Below, in pieces: positions 41,565 through 55,479 of a stretch of DNA of 64,000 nucleotides. This stretch comes from Octopus vulgaris. Its lineage: Eukaryota. The notes under the pieces were generated by a model, which saw only the letters and a list, made by a program, of their open reading frames with translations, did no database searches and was not told the origin of the DNA. The position numbers and the translations under genes were made by a program. The stretch covers positions 34,162,001 through 34,226,000 of the forward strand of contig OX597830.1 of the NCBI GenBank assembly GCA_951406725.2, read 5' to 3'. Every line of letters begins with the position of its first letter. The first letter of the stretch is position 1.

Positions 41565-41974
41565 TGCGTGCGTGTGTGTGTGTATGTGTGTGCTTGCATG
41601 TGTGTGTGTAAGATAAAAGAAAAACACATGATATAGATTCAGTTTGACAATGATGTGTCTTCTGGTAATAAGAAATAATTTTTCCCCTTGTTTGTTGTTT
41701 GTTTGACATAGAAAAGGCTCCAGATTTTGATTTGACTGTTTTTGTACTAAAGTATAAACCAAGACTGGTCAGTAACAATTTATATGGCATCAAAGTCATT
41801 GACTAAAACGGAGTCTTTGTTTGAGCCATTCCTGGCAACAAAACTCCAAATGATTATCATCACAATTAACTTTGTAGAAAACTGGATGACATCTGGTTCA
41901 TGATAACATAAATGGTGCCTAGTGGTTACTTACTGTTGAAGAAATGTTAGAATAGTTATGGTTAAAATACATTT

Positions 41975-42350
41975 AATGTATTTGTTACCATATTTCTGTT
42001 AAGATGCTCTGTGTTTCTTTCAATTAAATTTAACTATAACAAAGAATTTAGTAAAATAACTTAGTTATCATTAAGCTAGTGTTAGGAGCATAAATTGTGA
42101 CTAAGGTTTGGTGGGAGATTTTAATTCAAAACTTATGAAAACAAGACATTTGTACTACAGAGCCAGAAGTGGTCTCAGCTGGGTTGGTATCGAAAGGGTT
42201 AAATGTAACAAAGAATTTAGTAATATAACTTAGTTATTATTAAGCTAGATTTAAGAACATAAATTGTGACTAAAGTTTGGTGGAAACTTATGAAAGCAAG
42301 ACATTTGTACTACAGAGCCAGAGCTGGTTTCAGCCAGTTTGGAACTGAAA
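41975..42350. mobile_element. piggyBac-type MITE plus tandem partial copy
   Basis: High similarity to 42535-42755; first copy ends AAAGGG then TTAA near 42198. Confidence 0.7.
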
Positions 42351-42534
42351 GAACAGATTTAGGTTTAAATGACCATAACATGTTTAATTTCTCTGGTATG
42401 TAAAAAAAATTCATTTTAGCCTAAAAGTATTAAAATGTAAATTGAAGAGTATAGTAATTTGGTTGTTGTAACAGCTTGTCTTTCCAGACACCTTGCTTAT
42501 TTTCTTTCTTGAATTTGAAAAGAGGGTTTCTTAA

Positions 42535-42755
42535 CCCTTTCATTACTGTATTTATTTTGAGATGCTCTGTGTTTCTTTCAATTAATTTTAAATATAACAA
42601 AGAAGTTAGTAAAATAACTTAGTTATGATTAAGCTAGTGTTAGGAACATAAATTGTGACTTAGGTTTGGTAGAAGATTTTATTTCAAAACTTATGAAAAC
42701 AAGACATTTGTACTCAGAGCCAGAGACGGTTTCAGCCGGGTTGGTAACAAAAGGG
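42535..42755. mobile_element. piggyBac-type MITE
   Basis: TTAA at 42531-42534 and 42756-42759; termini CCCTTT...AAAGGG. Confidence 0.85.
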
Positions 42756-42841
42756 TTAAAATATTACTGGAATATGAAACAACATATGTAAGGTCATAAT
42801 ATAACATTATGGAGGGTAGTGCTAAACAGTGATAAGTAATG

Positions 42842-43488
42842 TTGCAATGTTATCCTCCATCTGAATATGCTTGATGCAAGTTTGAACTGGGGACCAGGCT
42901 ATTCACTGAATTTTGTCACGGAGAATATACATCACTTGTTGATAAATTGTGTGTATATACTTAGACAAGGCAGCGAGCTGGCAGAATCATTAGCATGCTG
43001 GGCAAAATGCTTAGCGGTATTTCACCTGTCTTCATTGGTTGACTTTGCCTTTCATCTTTTTGGGGTCGATAAATAAAGTACCAGTTATGCACTGGAGTTA
43101 ATCTAATCAACTTAATTTCTTTGTCTGTCCTTGTTTGTCCCCTCTATGTTTAGCCCCTTGTGGGCAATAAAGAAATATTTATACCTAGATCAGTTTGCAG
43201 CACCACCTAGCTAGACTGTGAGATGCTAGCATTTCGGAGTAGTTATCTCCTCATCTGTCACAGACACTAGGCAGACAATGCTATGAACTGAATTAAGAGA
43301 TTGACTCTTGTATGCTTTTCCAGTCACTGGACAATGAGTTTAGGTAGGTGGTGCTGCAAGCTGATCTAGGTGTATACACACCATTTGTCAATGAACGAGA
43401 TATATTATCTGTGATAAAATGCTGTGAGTAGCTTGTTCCCTAGTTCGACCATGCATCAAGCATATTCGGGTTGATAATAACTTTGCAA
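42842..43488. mobile_element. Foldback / long-TIR element interrupted by a family B SINE
   Basis: Left arm 42842-42965 plus 43190-43218 is reverse complementary to 43337-43488; SINE 42966-43179 flanked by TATAC(T/C)TAGA duplication. Confidence 0.8.
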
Positions 43489-44964
43489 TAATATAGCATT
43501 ATTTTTGTTTTATTCCTTGACATAACTCTCCATGTTTTGATTAATTCTTCACCTGCATTGCTCAGAGCTTTTTTAAACATTCATCAAATCAAATTTAGAA
43601 GAAAAAAAATAAACACAAGATGGGGAAACATGGATGTCAGAAGGTAAGATTTAGGTTGTTTTTGTATTTCTTATCAAAAGGAAGGAAAGAAAGAACAAAA
43701 GCAGAGAAAGAAAAATAAATAACAACAACAAAAACAGTAAAATCCTTCCATGAAAATGAAACAATAGAAAACTTTCAAAATGATGTTTAATTTAATCATG
43801 GCAAATAGTTTGTGAAAACATTGGGAAAATATAGCAGTCGCTCATAGTTAACAGACAACAGATTGTGTGTGTGTGTGAGTGTGTAAATATGTGTAATATG
43901 TGTGTGCAATTTGCAATTGCTGTTTAATTCCCTGACAGTAAGCCTACAATTAAAAGCATCAAGCTGCAGACATCTATCTTTTCTAAGGGTACTTCTTCTA
44001 CATTATGTTATGTATCCTTTATTTAAAGACAGGAAGCTATAATTTGATGGGGACTTAGCTGCTATTTCTAGCAGATAAATCAACTATGTTGCAGTTTCCT
44101 CATTGTCAATTAGAATGTCTGTGTTGATATGTTTTAGGTTGTGCAGCACTGCACCGTACTCTGTTGTACAGTATTGTATTTCACTGCATTGTACTGCACT
44201 CTGCTGTTGTGTTTCATAGCCAACAGCATCTGTGCAATTGTAATGCAAAGAAATTGACCCCTTGGACATCTTGGAAAAAAGAAGATTTGATGTTACCATA
44301 GAATAAGCCTTAACTGGATAGACAAATCTAATGGATGGAATAGATGTAAGGTTAGATGTAGAGATTGTTTGGATGAGTTGATTGAGTTGATTGGTTGGTT
44401 TAGGAATTGGGAAGCTGTTGGTTAGCTGGTTGGTTGATGTTACAGAAGAGATGAGGTGGATAGCAGGAGGAATGGATGGATGGATGGTGGGTAAAGAAAA
44501 TTCATACAGATGGAGGTAGCATAAAAGTTTAGAAATTGTATAACCCTAATCAGAAGCTCTTATTTTGGAAAGTAACAACTAACATGAAAATGGTAATTTT
44601 TTTTTTCTCTATCCATGCCTTGGGCTAACGCTTCAATAAAAGAATGAAAGACAGGGTTGGAAGAAGTGAGAGGAAAGAACTAAAGAAAGAAGGATGCCAA
44701 ATGAAAATCTAAATGAAGTAGATGATATTGAAAAGAAATAAACTAAGACATTATCTCCCCACACTTCTCCTCACACCTTTCAGGCTAAAAGCATGTGGTT
44801 GTAGTTGTAGTAGTGGTGGCAATGGAAAAGCTAAACAGCCAGTAGCTGAGATTTTTAGGGGTCATTTAGGTCAGTTATTGACATGTATGATTGGTCGGGG
44901 AGGGATAAAGAGTCAAGACTTTCTTCAATGAGTGAATTAATGAACGAATACTACTTATGTGTGT

Positions 44965-44999
<35 letters not shown>

Positions 45000-45284
45000 T
45001 GTGTGTGTGTTTTCTCAGAAGATAAATCAGTGTCTCAAAAGTTGCAGGAATTTAAATTAACAAGTTTTACCAGTCTCAGGATTCTTAGTTGCTCCTGGAA
45101 GGGGTGGAGATGAATGTTCAAGTATTTAGGCACAGGAGTGGCTTTGTGGTTAAGGAGCTTGCTTTCTAGCCATGTTATCTTGGGTTCAGTCCTACTGCAT
45201 AGAAATATTATTTCTTCTTCTTTAGTCTTGGCTGACCAATTGGGAGACAAAATCTTAAACACAACCATTATATATATATATATA

Positions 45285-46856
45285 CTAGCATTATGACCCA
45301 GCGTTGCCGGGTCATAGTGCTAGTGCATATATATATGTGAACATATTACATGTACATCTATATATATATACATCTACACATAAAATACAAAATACAAAGT
45401 TATATCTAGATATCGCTAGTGATAACAATACTCAAAATATATAACAGACTGGAATTGTAGGCCCGTCTCTTGCAATTTTGATCAGTTGTATCTTGTCCTC
45501 CCTCTTGTATAGAAGTGTGGCTACAATCCAGCCTACCTCTACTTCTGGGGGGACATTTTAAATTTTTATCCGGGACGTCCTACATCCCCGATATAAAGGT
45601 AAAAATAAAATATTTCCATTTTGCAAGGTTTGAGTCGAGTACTCCCTTGCTCTGTTGACTTGAACCTTGCTTCTATTGTGGCGAATTTACCACCTCTAGT
45701 TAGATACTTGATATCTTTCATAGTCGCACCAAGATACTTTCAATGGTGCTTTCCTCCAGGTGTTCAAATCTTTTTTTTCTCTACATTGTATACTTTATAG
45801 ACAATAGTCTTTTCTTTAATTTAATTTTTTATGTCGTTTGGTTGTGTTATCCTAGATTCACCGTCTTTGTCGGTGATCAATCCGAAATAGGTTTGTATTT
45901 CTTCCATTTTAATTTTAATGAGTTTACTGCCTGCCGACAGCTGCAGTGAAATTCATTTTGGTACTTTCTTCTATCGAAGACATTTTAACAAAAATGCTTC
46001 TGTGTAAACGGTGAAAATATTGTCAATTTCCCCAAACAGGGACACAATTCAATTTTTAAACAATAACCAAAGCTCCTTCTCTCAAAGGGGGAGGGTTATG
46101 GTTTACAATTATTTAACAAATGCAACACAACAATGCTTCCCTTACGAGGAACCAACAAACGTGATAACAATAGTTAAACAGTAATAATAATAACAACAAA
46201 CCTTATGGTGAATCAAAAAGCAGTACTCTGTTGAAACTATAGGCCTTTATGGATCAGAAATAAACCAACAGTAGAAGCATCTTTCAAGAAAACAGACATT
46301 ACATACAGCCAAACTTCATATAAATACTTAATGCTAGCTAATTAGCAAATAATCTAATGTAAAAGCCGTGCACAGCTCCATCTGGACTATTCCATTTCTG
46401 CACTTATTTTTTATTTATTCCCATTCACGTGAAACCACTTATTCAAGGTCAAGTCATTGATGCAATTTTATACCAATTACTATTTTTACTATTAATTGTT
46501 ATGTTACGATTTAATTATTATATCATACTTTAGTTTGATTTTAATTATTACTTACCACATATAATTCAATTGTTATTATTATCTCTAATTTTTATTATTA
46601 AAGTGAAAGTATCTGACATAAAATAGAGAGATGTTTTTGTTTCACTTTTAACATGTAATACTGAAATAGTGAAGAAGTTATGCTATTGCTAGGGGCTCGC
46701 CCTTCGCAAGAAGTTGAACATTTTTTTTGCCCATGAAACTACATGGACCCTAAGTAAGGCATGTGTAAAATTTGAATGAAATTGGTTGTGTAGTTCTCAA
46801 GTTTTAGGGAAACACACAGACAGACAGATACACATTCTCAGTTTTATATATATAGA
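45285..46856 (-). mobile_element. Helitron-like element carrying a decayed coding fragment
   Basis: Minus strand 5' TCTATATATATAAAA...(CTGT)n; 3' hairpin GACCCGGC/GCTGGGTC and CTAG end; inserted between A and T. Confidence 0.7.
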
Positions 46857-47374
46857 TATATATATATAAGGGTAAAACCACTTTTTACCCCTGTCCATTT
46901 ATTATGCTCAGTAGTGTAACTGCTACGCAACAACCAACACTTGTATATTAATAATTGGGTATTCTACCAGAAGTATAGATATTATCCCTTAGTTGGTTGG
47001 ATTCAAAACCTCCAACTTTCATTGAAATATATATATATAATTTTCTCCTTCACGCTACCCACTTTTATCTGTCTTGCAGCCTCAAGGGATTTTTTGCTGT
47101 GTATGTATTATTATTTTTTATTATTAATTGTTTCCTTTGTCTGTCCCTTGCTAAAATAATATTCAAAATGGTTGATATGTTTGGAAATATAATTTCGAAG
47201 TGTCCATGGTATCATAGGGAGAATCTGACCAAAGACACTGCAATTAAAAAAGTCAGGGAAAACATTTCAAATACAAATGAAATGGAAGTGTACAAAACTA
47301 AATATTATTCTTCATCTTACTGTTAATTTCGTTTCATTTTTAAAATAAAAATTTCTTTTATGGTTTATTATTTT

Positions 47375-47617
47375 ACTCTTTTACTTGTTTCAGTCATTTG
47401 ACTGTGGCCATGCTGGAGCACCACCTTTAGTCGAGCAAATCGACCCCAGGACTTATTCTATCGGTCTCTTTTGCAGAACCAGTAAATTACGGGGACATAA
47501 ACACACCTTCATCGGTTGTCAAGTGATGTTGGGGGAACAAACAAAGACACACAAACATACACACACACATACACACACATACACATACACACACGCACAC
47601 ACACACACCCACACGCG

Positions 47618-47649
<32 letters not shown>

Positions 47650-47820
47650 CATATATATGACAGGCTTCTTTCAGTTTCTGTCTACCAAAGTCATTCACAA
47701 GGCTTTGGTCTGCCCAAGGCTATAGTAGAAGACACTTGCCCAAGGTGCCACGCAGTGGGACTGAACCCAAAACCATGTGGTTTGTAAGGAAGGTACTTAC
47801 CACACAGCCACTTCTACGCC
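47375..47820 (-). mobile_element. SINE family A
   Basis: Reverse match to family A. Confidence 0.85.
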
Positions 47821-48783
47821 TAAAAGACAGACGAAATACCGGTTAGCATTTTGCCTGGTGTGCTATCATTTCAGCCAACTCGTCAAACCTTTCAACCCAT
47901 ACCAGTGTGGATAGCGGGCGTTAAATGAAGATGATGATGATGATGATGATGATGGTTAAACTTCTTCAAAATTTACATATTAGCATTAGATAAACTATCT
48001 ATTCATCCAGAAAATCTTCATCACCATCATCATTGTTTAATGTCCATCTTCTATACATGCATGGGTAGGACAGTTGACAGGAGCCAACCAAATAGAAAAC
48101 TACCCTCGAATTCTGTGTCTGTTTTGTCAGATGTTTTATGGCTGGATGCCCTTCCTAACATCAACCACTCTGCAGAGCTAACTTAGTGCTTCTTATGTGG
48201 TACTAGCAAAGGTGAGGTCAGTTTTGGCAAGGTTTTTTACAACTGGATGCCCTTCCAAATGCCAACCACTTTACAAAGTGGACTGAATGCTTTTTACATG
48301 GCACCAGGACAAGCAGGGTCGCCAAGTAACTCACAAGACAAGGAATTATGAAAGGGGCAGGGGAACTTGCGTCACACACTAACCTTTCATCTGATATCGG
48401 ATCACCTCCTCAATGTCCCCTTCTGTTAGAGTAAGACACCTGTTTCTGCCATCCAGAAAATCTGAAATGAATATATAGATAAATAAATAAATAATGCTAA
48501 AAAAAAAATAGAGAAAAACAAATAAAAAGAATTAAACATTTTTATTTACAATATTATACTCCATCAATATTTATAGCAAAACAGTGGTAGAAACAAAACA
48601 AAATAAAACAAAAATGAAATCAAACCATTTTTTTGTGTAATCTTGTAGGTTATTTGCAAATTTGAAACAATGTAAAAGATACTCTGCACTTTGAGATATA
48701 TGCTGTTGTACTAAATGACCTAAGCATAATAAATATATTGATTATACACACACACACACACACATGTAGGTGTGTCTGTATAT

Positions 48784-48859
<76 letters not shown>

Positions 48860-49792
48860 ATGTATGTATGCAAAACAGATCTATACACAAAAGTGCATAA
48901 TACATATACATGCATACATATACAATATAATACACAAGCACACACATAATTATCCTGTTTTTTTGGTTTGGTTAGCAATGGGAAAAGTTGAGTGTTTGGA
49001 AATGGATAAACTAAAATCAATACATTTTTTTCAAAATTTGTAATTTATATATGTATATATACATATATATACATACATACACACACATACACACATATAT
49101 ATATATATATATACAAATGCATGTATTTCAGTTTTTCTCTTCTGTGTATGTTTATATATGTGTGAGTGTGTGTGTGTGTGTGTATGTGTATTTCTGCCTC
49201 TATTGGGCATAAATGAGTGTGGAATGACGCTAAGTATAATGTCTCATTGTTAGAAGAATTTGCATATGTGTATGCATATAGGCACTTAGATTTGTGTATG
49301 ATGTTATGAGTGTATTTGTATGTGTGCCAGTGATTGTTAAATGTAACATTTGTATGTTTAAAGTATCCATTTGTATATTGTTGTAAATGTGTGTCTACAT
49401 TTATGCGCTTAATAGCAATGTGTTATATTAGAAATGGTGTGTTTGGTGCTGAAGAAATAGTCTTTCAAAAAATAACAAAACAATCACATCAACATATTTC
49501 CTAAGTTGGTCATACATTTCTTTATTTGGAGCTGGTTTTAATTTTCTTTATCGACCCCTACTACCATCTCTTTCTTTCACTTTTCCTCATAGTATATTTT
49601 CTCATGTTGCCTGCACATTTGCTACGTTTTATACTAACACAAATAAATATGTATACATTCATATATAATCATCTTTTATATTTATCATTTAGCCCTGCAT
49701 TAAAAAAATGAGGAAAAAAAAACCTTCTAAGAGCAAACCAAAAGCTAAAGTAGAATAAATTACATTAAAAACTAACAAAATCAACAAGACTG

Positions 49793-50074
<282 letters not shown>

Positions 50075-51247
50075 GTAGTCTACAACCAGTGTCCTTTCTA
50101 TTATAAATATGCTGCAAAAAAAAAAGAAAAGAAAAAAATTAAAACTAAAAAGAGAAGAAGAAGATGAAAATATTATCAAAGAAATAAAATAATGTAAATG
50201 AATAAAAAAAAAGAAGAAAGAATGAAAACTACCAACAAAAAAAAAATGAATAGATAAATATTTAAAAAAAAAAATGATATAACAATCACAAGCAATGAAA
50301 CAACACCTTTCATTGTAGTGAAAGATTGATGCTGAACTAACTGGACAAAAATGGTTTCGCAGCAAATTTTTCATCAATTTCATAAATTTTATATTCTTTA
50401 CTATTTCTTTTTGTTTCCTATCATTTACTTTTATTTATTTTTTCGTGGGGGGGGGGGCATTTACGTGATTTTTTATGATTTTTTTGTTTTATTTATATTT
50501 TTAATTTCATATTCTTTCATCTGATTTTTTTTGTTGTTGATTTTTTCATGTTTCTTTTATTTATTTTTTTTGTTACTGATGCAGCTTCCAAACTAAGTAA
50601 TTTTCTAGAGTACTCAATCCATTCTTACATTTTATCAGTGAAGTTTGGTTAGGTGGAAGGAAATGGTTGATAACATAAGAGTGGAGGGAGAAATGATCAA
50701 ATTATTTCCATACTATTTAGCTTTAACTCCAGGATAAATTCATTGAGGTATGCTGGGAGCATGGATGAGGTGGAGTGAAGGGTATGGACTGGAAGATTGC
50801 ATGTGTTGTTTCACTCTATATATTAGTGCATTATGAGTGCATGTGTCTGCATATATGTATTATATATATATATATGTATATATATATATACACATACACA
50901 CACACACACATAGGTAGAGAGACAGACAGATAGATAAATAGATACATACATACATCATATATACACATGTGTAAAATATAAGCTGTGTTGGTGCAGACAG
51001 GGATGTGTGGTTAAGAAGTTTAACTTTCAACCACAAGGTTTCAGGTTCAGTCTCACTGCACAGCACCTTGGGCAAATAAATTCTGCTATATCCTTAGGGT
51101 GAGTAAAATCTTGTGATTGGATTTAGTAAACAGAAATTGAAGGAATCCCATTATGTGCATGTGTGTGTATATATATATATATACACACACACATATATAT
51201 ATGTATGTATGTAAATGGATACATACATACATACATACATACATACA

Positions 51248-51318
<71 letters not shown>

Positions 51319-51729
51319 CATGATATAACTCATGAAATCACATAATGTAAATTTAATTTTCCTCTTGATTTTAGCATTATAATGACACATATTATAATGA
51401 CACATATTATAATGACACATATTCCAATGGATTTTTAGAAAATGAACAAGAGAAACCGCTACTTTTATGCATGAAAATAACAATATTTAAACACACACAG
51501 TACAGTGTGTATGAATAAAAATATTTGAAGAGAAATACATTAGGGGATGAATAAGAACCTTGATATTGTAATAGGGTACATTCTTACCACAAAAAGTTAT
51601 TAAGTACTGTGTGAAAGATGTGGTGGAATAAGAGCCACTGACAAAATGAGGGAAAACTATTTTCTATCTTATATTTCATCATTTCCAAATTCCACTTGAG
51701 TAGGGTTAAAGAATTTACCAAAGGTTTTT

Positions 51730-52560
51730 TTAGATTTGTACAATTCTGTAAAGGAACTTAATTTCATTGCAGACTTCTCTTGTAACGTGTATGATATAAT
51801 TATGATTAAGGCTATTACAGCAATATCTTACAGCCGTTCTTTGTATGTACCAACCCTGTAGCAGTGTTCTTTGTATGTACCAACCCTGTAGCAGTGTTTC
51901 AGCAGTCAATTTAAATGTAGCTGATGGAATTTTCATATTTTTATCAGTACTTTCCAGCTTTCTTTTGTTCTTACTGCATCAGCTCCTTATTCGATAAAAT
52001 TTCTCTATGGTACACTAGCAACACGATCAAATTAACCTTTACGTCTTCTTTGAACCCTACATTATTTGCAAATATTTTTCAAAATTCAATGTAGATTTTC
52101 TGCTTGCGGAAATCTTGTGAAGTCTTGGAGTTGAGGATTTCACTTCATCCCTTGACTCAGCTATCTCATCCGCATCATCCATTATATTGACCTTCTTCCA
52201 AAATTCTCTAAATGGAAGTGTATTCTTCTTGTTGATTTCTTATATAATTTGTTTGAAAGTTCTCAGTGAGTATAACTTAAAGTTAGTTAACACAACTTCA
52301 TCTATTAGTTGGTGCAATGATATATTCTCGAGAATATATTCTACTCTCACAGTATCAGAAAGCTTCTCCGGTTTCAATGAGTTCAATGAGTGGTTTGGAT
52401 AATCAACTCAAAGGAGCAATACTCTATTGGAAATATTGTCAAGCACACTAACTTTCTCCATTAGGGCAAAAATTGTTTGTAAATTTTTTCTTTTTTAAAT
52501 CTCTTAATAATGCATTCCTACTTATTTGAATGTTATATCAGGAATAGATAAAGCTCTGCA
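51730..52560 (-). pseudogene. Decayed Tigger/pogo (DDE_1) transposase
   Basis: NRVLLL*VDYPNHS...VRVEYILENISLHQLIDEVVLTNFKLYSLRTFKQII...FREFWKKVNIMDDADEIAESRDEVK...GFKEDV...LSNKELMQ resembles LLLLDNAPGH / QPMDQGVI..FK.YY / REFWK of Tigger transposases. Confidence 0.75.
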
Positions 52561-52972
52561 TGATCTTTGAAACCCCTTGACAAATTCTATAAGCCTTAAA
52601 TTAGTGGTTTTCAGTTGGGATCTATATGGCCCTTGAAGGTCTATGTAAAGTTTTGCCACTAAAATTTATGTGCAATCAACTGGTTATATTTCTACAGGAG
52701 ACACAATATTTAAGCATTTTTTTAATATACAATTCCTAAGAATATTTAATCATGAAAGTATAAAAGATTTTATTTGGCTATGAGGACTCCCCATTCCCCA
52801 AGTAAGATAGGGATCAAAAGGGTCCATATGCACACGTGAATGAATGTATATTACACAAACACACACACACACACAGATATATGGAACATAAACATCAAAA
52901 ATCATTAAGATCATGGCGATGATCATGATGATATATATGTATGTATACAAATGTATACGTATGCATGTGTGC

Positions 52973-53014
<42 letters not shown>

Positions 53015-53744
53015 TCGTCATCATTTTTTAATGTCTATCTTCAATGTACACATACATTCATACACGTATGCATATATATATATATATATATATAAGTCTT
53101 TATATATGTGTTCTATTTCATTTTTATGTTATTAGCTATGATTGATAAATGCAGTTGCTAAACTCTTTTCAGTATCAATATATCTGGTGCTCAAAGAGCG
53201 TGCACACATATGCTCAATTTGCCTAGACATTTAAAAAAATTTCTTTCCTTTAGCTTACATGATAGAATCAGACAAGCCATGTGCTTTTTAGTGATTGAGT
53301 TTTCCTACGCTTATTGATTTTGTTGTTAACTCATTTTGTATCTTATTCTTGCCACTGTACTCCGAGTATTTGTTCTTGTTTGTTTTTGTTTAGCCTTTGG
53401 TGTTCCTTGATCCATTGCAATCCTTCTATATTTGTTTGTTTTTATTTGTAAACATTCTATAACTAGAACAATATTTTCTAAAAATTTTTCCATTCTTTTC
53501 AATATATTAAGTGATTCAGGATAGATTTGGCTGTTATTCCTACCCAGTAGAATGACCAGAAAGATGATCCATTGTTTATTTTTAGCATTTTTTTTTTATG
53601 GCAGCTTGTAGAAAGCAGCTGGAACACACTGTAAAGTACTTGCAATTAAAAATGGCCTCTAAGCATAGAAACCATGCTCAAGCAGACACTGGAGAATAAT
53701 GGAGTCATTGGACCCTTCAAATCTTGTCAAATATAAATATTTAT

Positions 53745-54062
53745 TTATTTCTTTATTGCCTACAGGGGGCTAAACATAGAGGGGACAAATAAGGACAGAC
53801 AAACTCAAAACATAACAGCAGACGAAATACCTATTTCTTTACTACCCACAAGGAGCTAAACACAGAGAGGACAAACAAGGACAGACAAAAGGATTAAGTT
53901 GATTAGACTGACCCCAGGGCTTAACTAGTACTTATTTCATCAACCCTGAATGAATGAAAGGCAAAGTCGACCTCAGCGGAATTTGAACTCAGAACATAAC
54001 GGCAGATGAAATACCGCTAAGCATTTCACCCGGCGTACTAACATTTCTGCCAGCTTGCCACT
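53745..54062 (-). mobile_element. SINE family B with partial duplication
   Basis: Reverse match to family B; extra tail segment at 53745-53830. Confidence 0.8.
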
Positions 54063-54165
54063 GTCAAATATAAATATTAACCAGTTGATAACATTATCAT
54101 TGTTGATAGTTTTGGTTTGGTTGATAATATTATTATTATAGTTGATAATGTTGTTATGGATACTA

Positions 54166-55407
54166 TTAGGTTGTTCTGAAAATTATGGCCTATTTCAGAA
54201 GCAATTTTATTCTGGAAAAATTAACAATAGAATTGTTTTGATTAGTCAAAGTATGAGCCACAAACATCTATGTATCTCTGCCATCGATCAACGAGATTAT
54301 TTCATGCCTCGTTGAAAAAAACGTATTGGCTTTGATACTAAGAAATGTTTGAAAGCTAATTCCACCTCTGGTTTGGACAAAATGGTAGTCAGTGGGTCAA
54401 AGATCAGGAGAATATGGAGAATATGGTAAAGTCTTATATATCAAGTCTGTGAGTTTCTGCAGGATCATTCTTGCAACATGTGGTTTTGCATTATCGTGGA
54501 GTAGGATTGGGCCACACTGATTCACCAATGCAGGTCTCATTTTTTGCAAGTGAGCATACATTTCAGTGGGTTGATTACAGTAAACCTTTGCTGTAATGCT
54601 CTGATTGGATTCCAGAAAACTGTAATGGACAACTCCAATTGCAGACCACCAGAGAGTCACCATTATCTTTTGCTGATGCAACTTTGGCTTTGGAAAATGT
54701 TTAGGGGGCTCTTGACGATCAAGCTATTGACCTGATCATTTACGGTTATCATAAAGGATCCACTTTTCATCACAAGTGACTATTCGGTCAAGAAGAGGAT
54801 CATTGGTTTTCCACTGAAAGAGCATCATGCACACTTCAAAACACCGAACTTTTTGATTTTCATTGAGCTCATATTGGTACAAATTATCGAGCTTTTTCAC
54901 CTTAACAATCTTCTGCAGATTGCGTGAGACCATTGCAATACCAACACCAAATTCCTGAGACATTATTCTGACACTTTCACGTGGGTTTGGTTCAACAATT
55001 GCTTTCAGTTGTTCCTTGTCAAAACTGCATGACCGTCCTCTACTTTCTTCATCTTCAAGGCTTTCATCACCACTACAGAATTTCTGAAAACACCTTTGTA
55101 CTGGGTAATCACTTGTGGACCCCTCTCCCCATGCTCTGTTGATATTGGCAGCAGTTTGGGAGGCATTGTGCCCAAGCTTGAACTCATGCAAGAAAAGTAA
55201 GCGAAGGTCCTTTTTTGTCATGTTCATAATTAAGGGGGCCTATGCTTCGAGAATGTTTTCTGTCTGAAATAAGAAGAAAATTATTAAAGAGCATGCATCA
55301 ATAATTATGTATGTCGAAATTCATCTAAAATATAATTAAAATAATATGATAAAATTGTGTTTCAAAACACAACACTTAGAGCAGCCATTATTTTCAGAAC
55401 AACCTAA
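54166..55407 (-). mobile_element. Near full-length mariner transposon (DD34D, Hsmar1-like termini)
   Basis: TIRs TTAGGTTGTTCTGAAAATTATGGC / GCCATTATTTTCAGAACAACCTAA; TA duplication at 54164-54165 and 55408-55409. Confidence 0.95.
54242..55227 (-). pseudogene. mariner transposase pseudogene
   Basis: HTH region (LFLHEFKLGHNASQTAANINRAWG), VTCDEKWILYDN, LLHDNAKPH, PYSPDL*PTDYH, C-terminal GSYFD*; stops and a deletion after TDYH. Confidence 0.9.
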
Positions 55408-55479
55408 TAACACTATGATTTTTGATAATGTTGTTGTTAACAATGCTGTTACTATTAAAATGATATTAGTGTTACTGAT

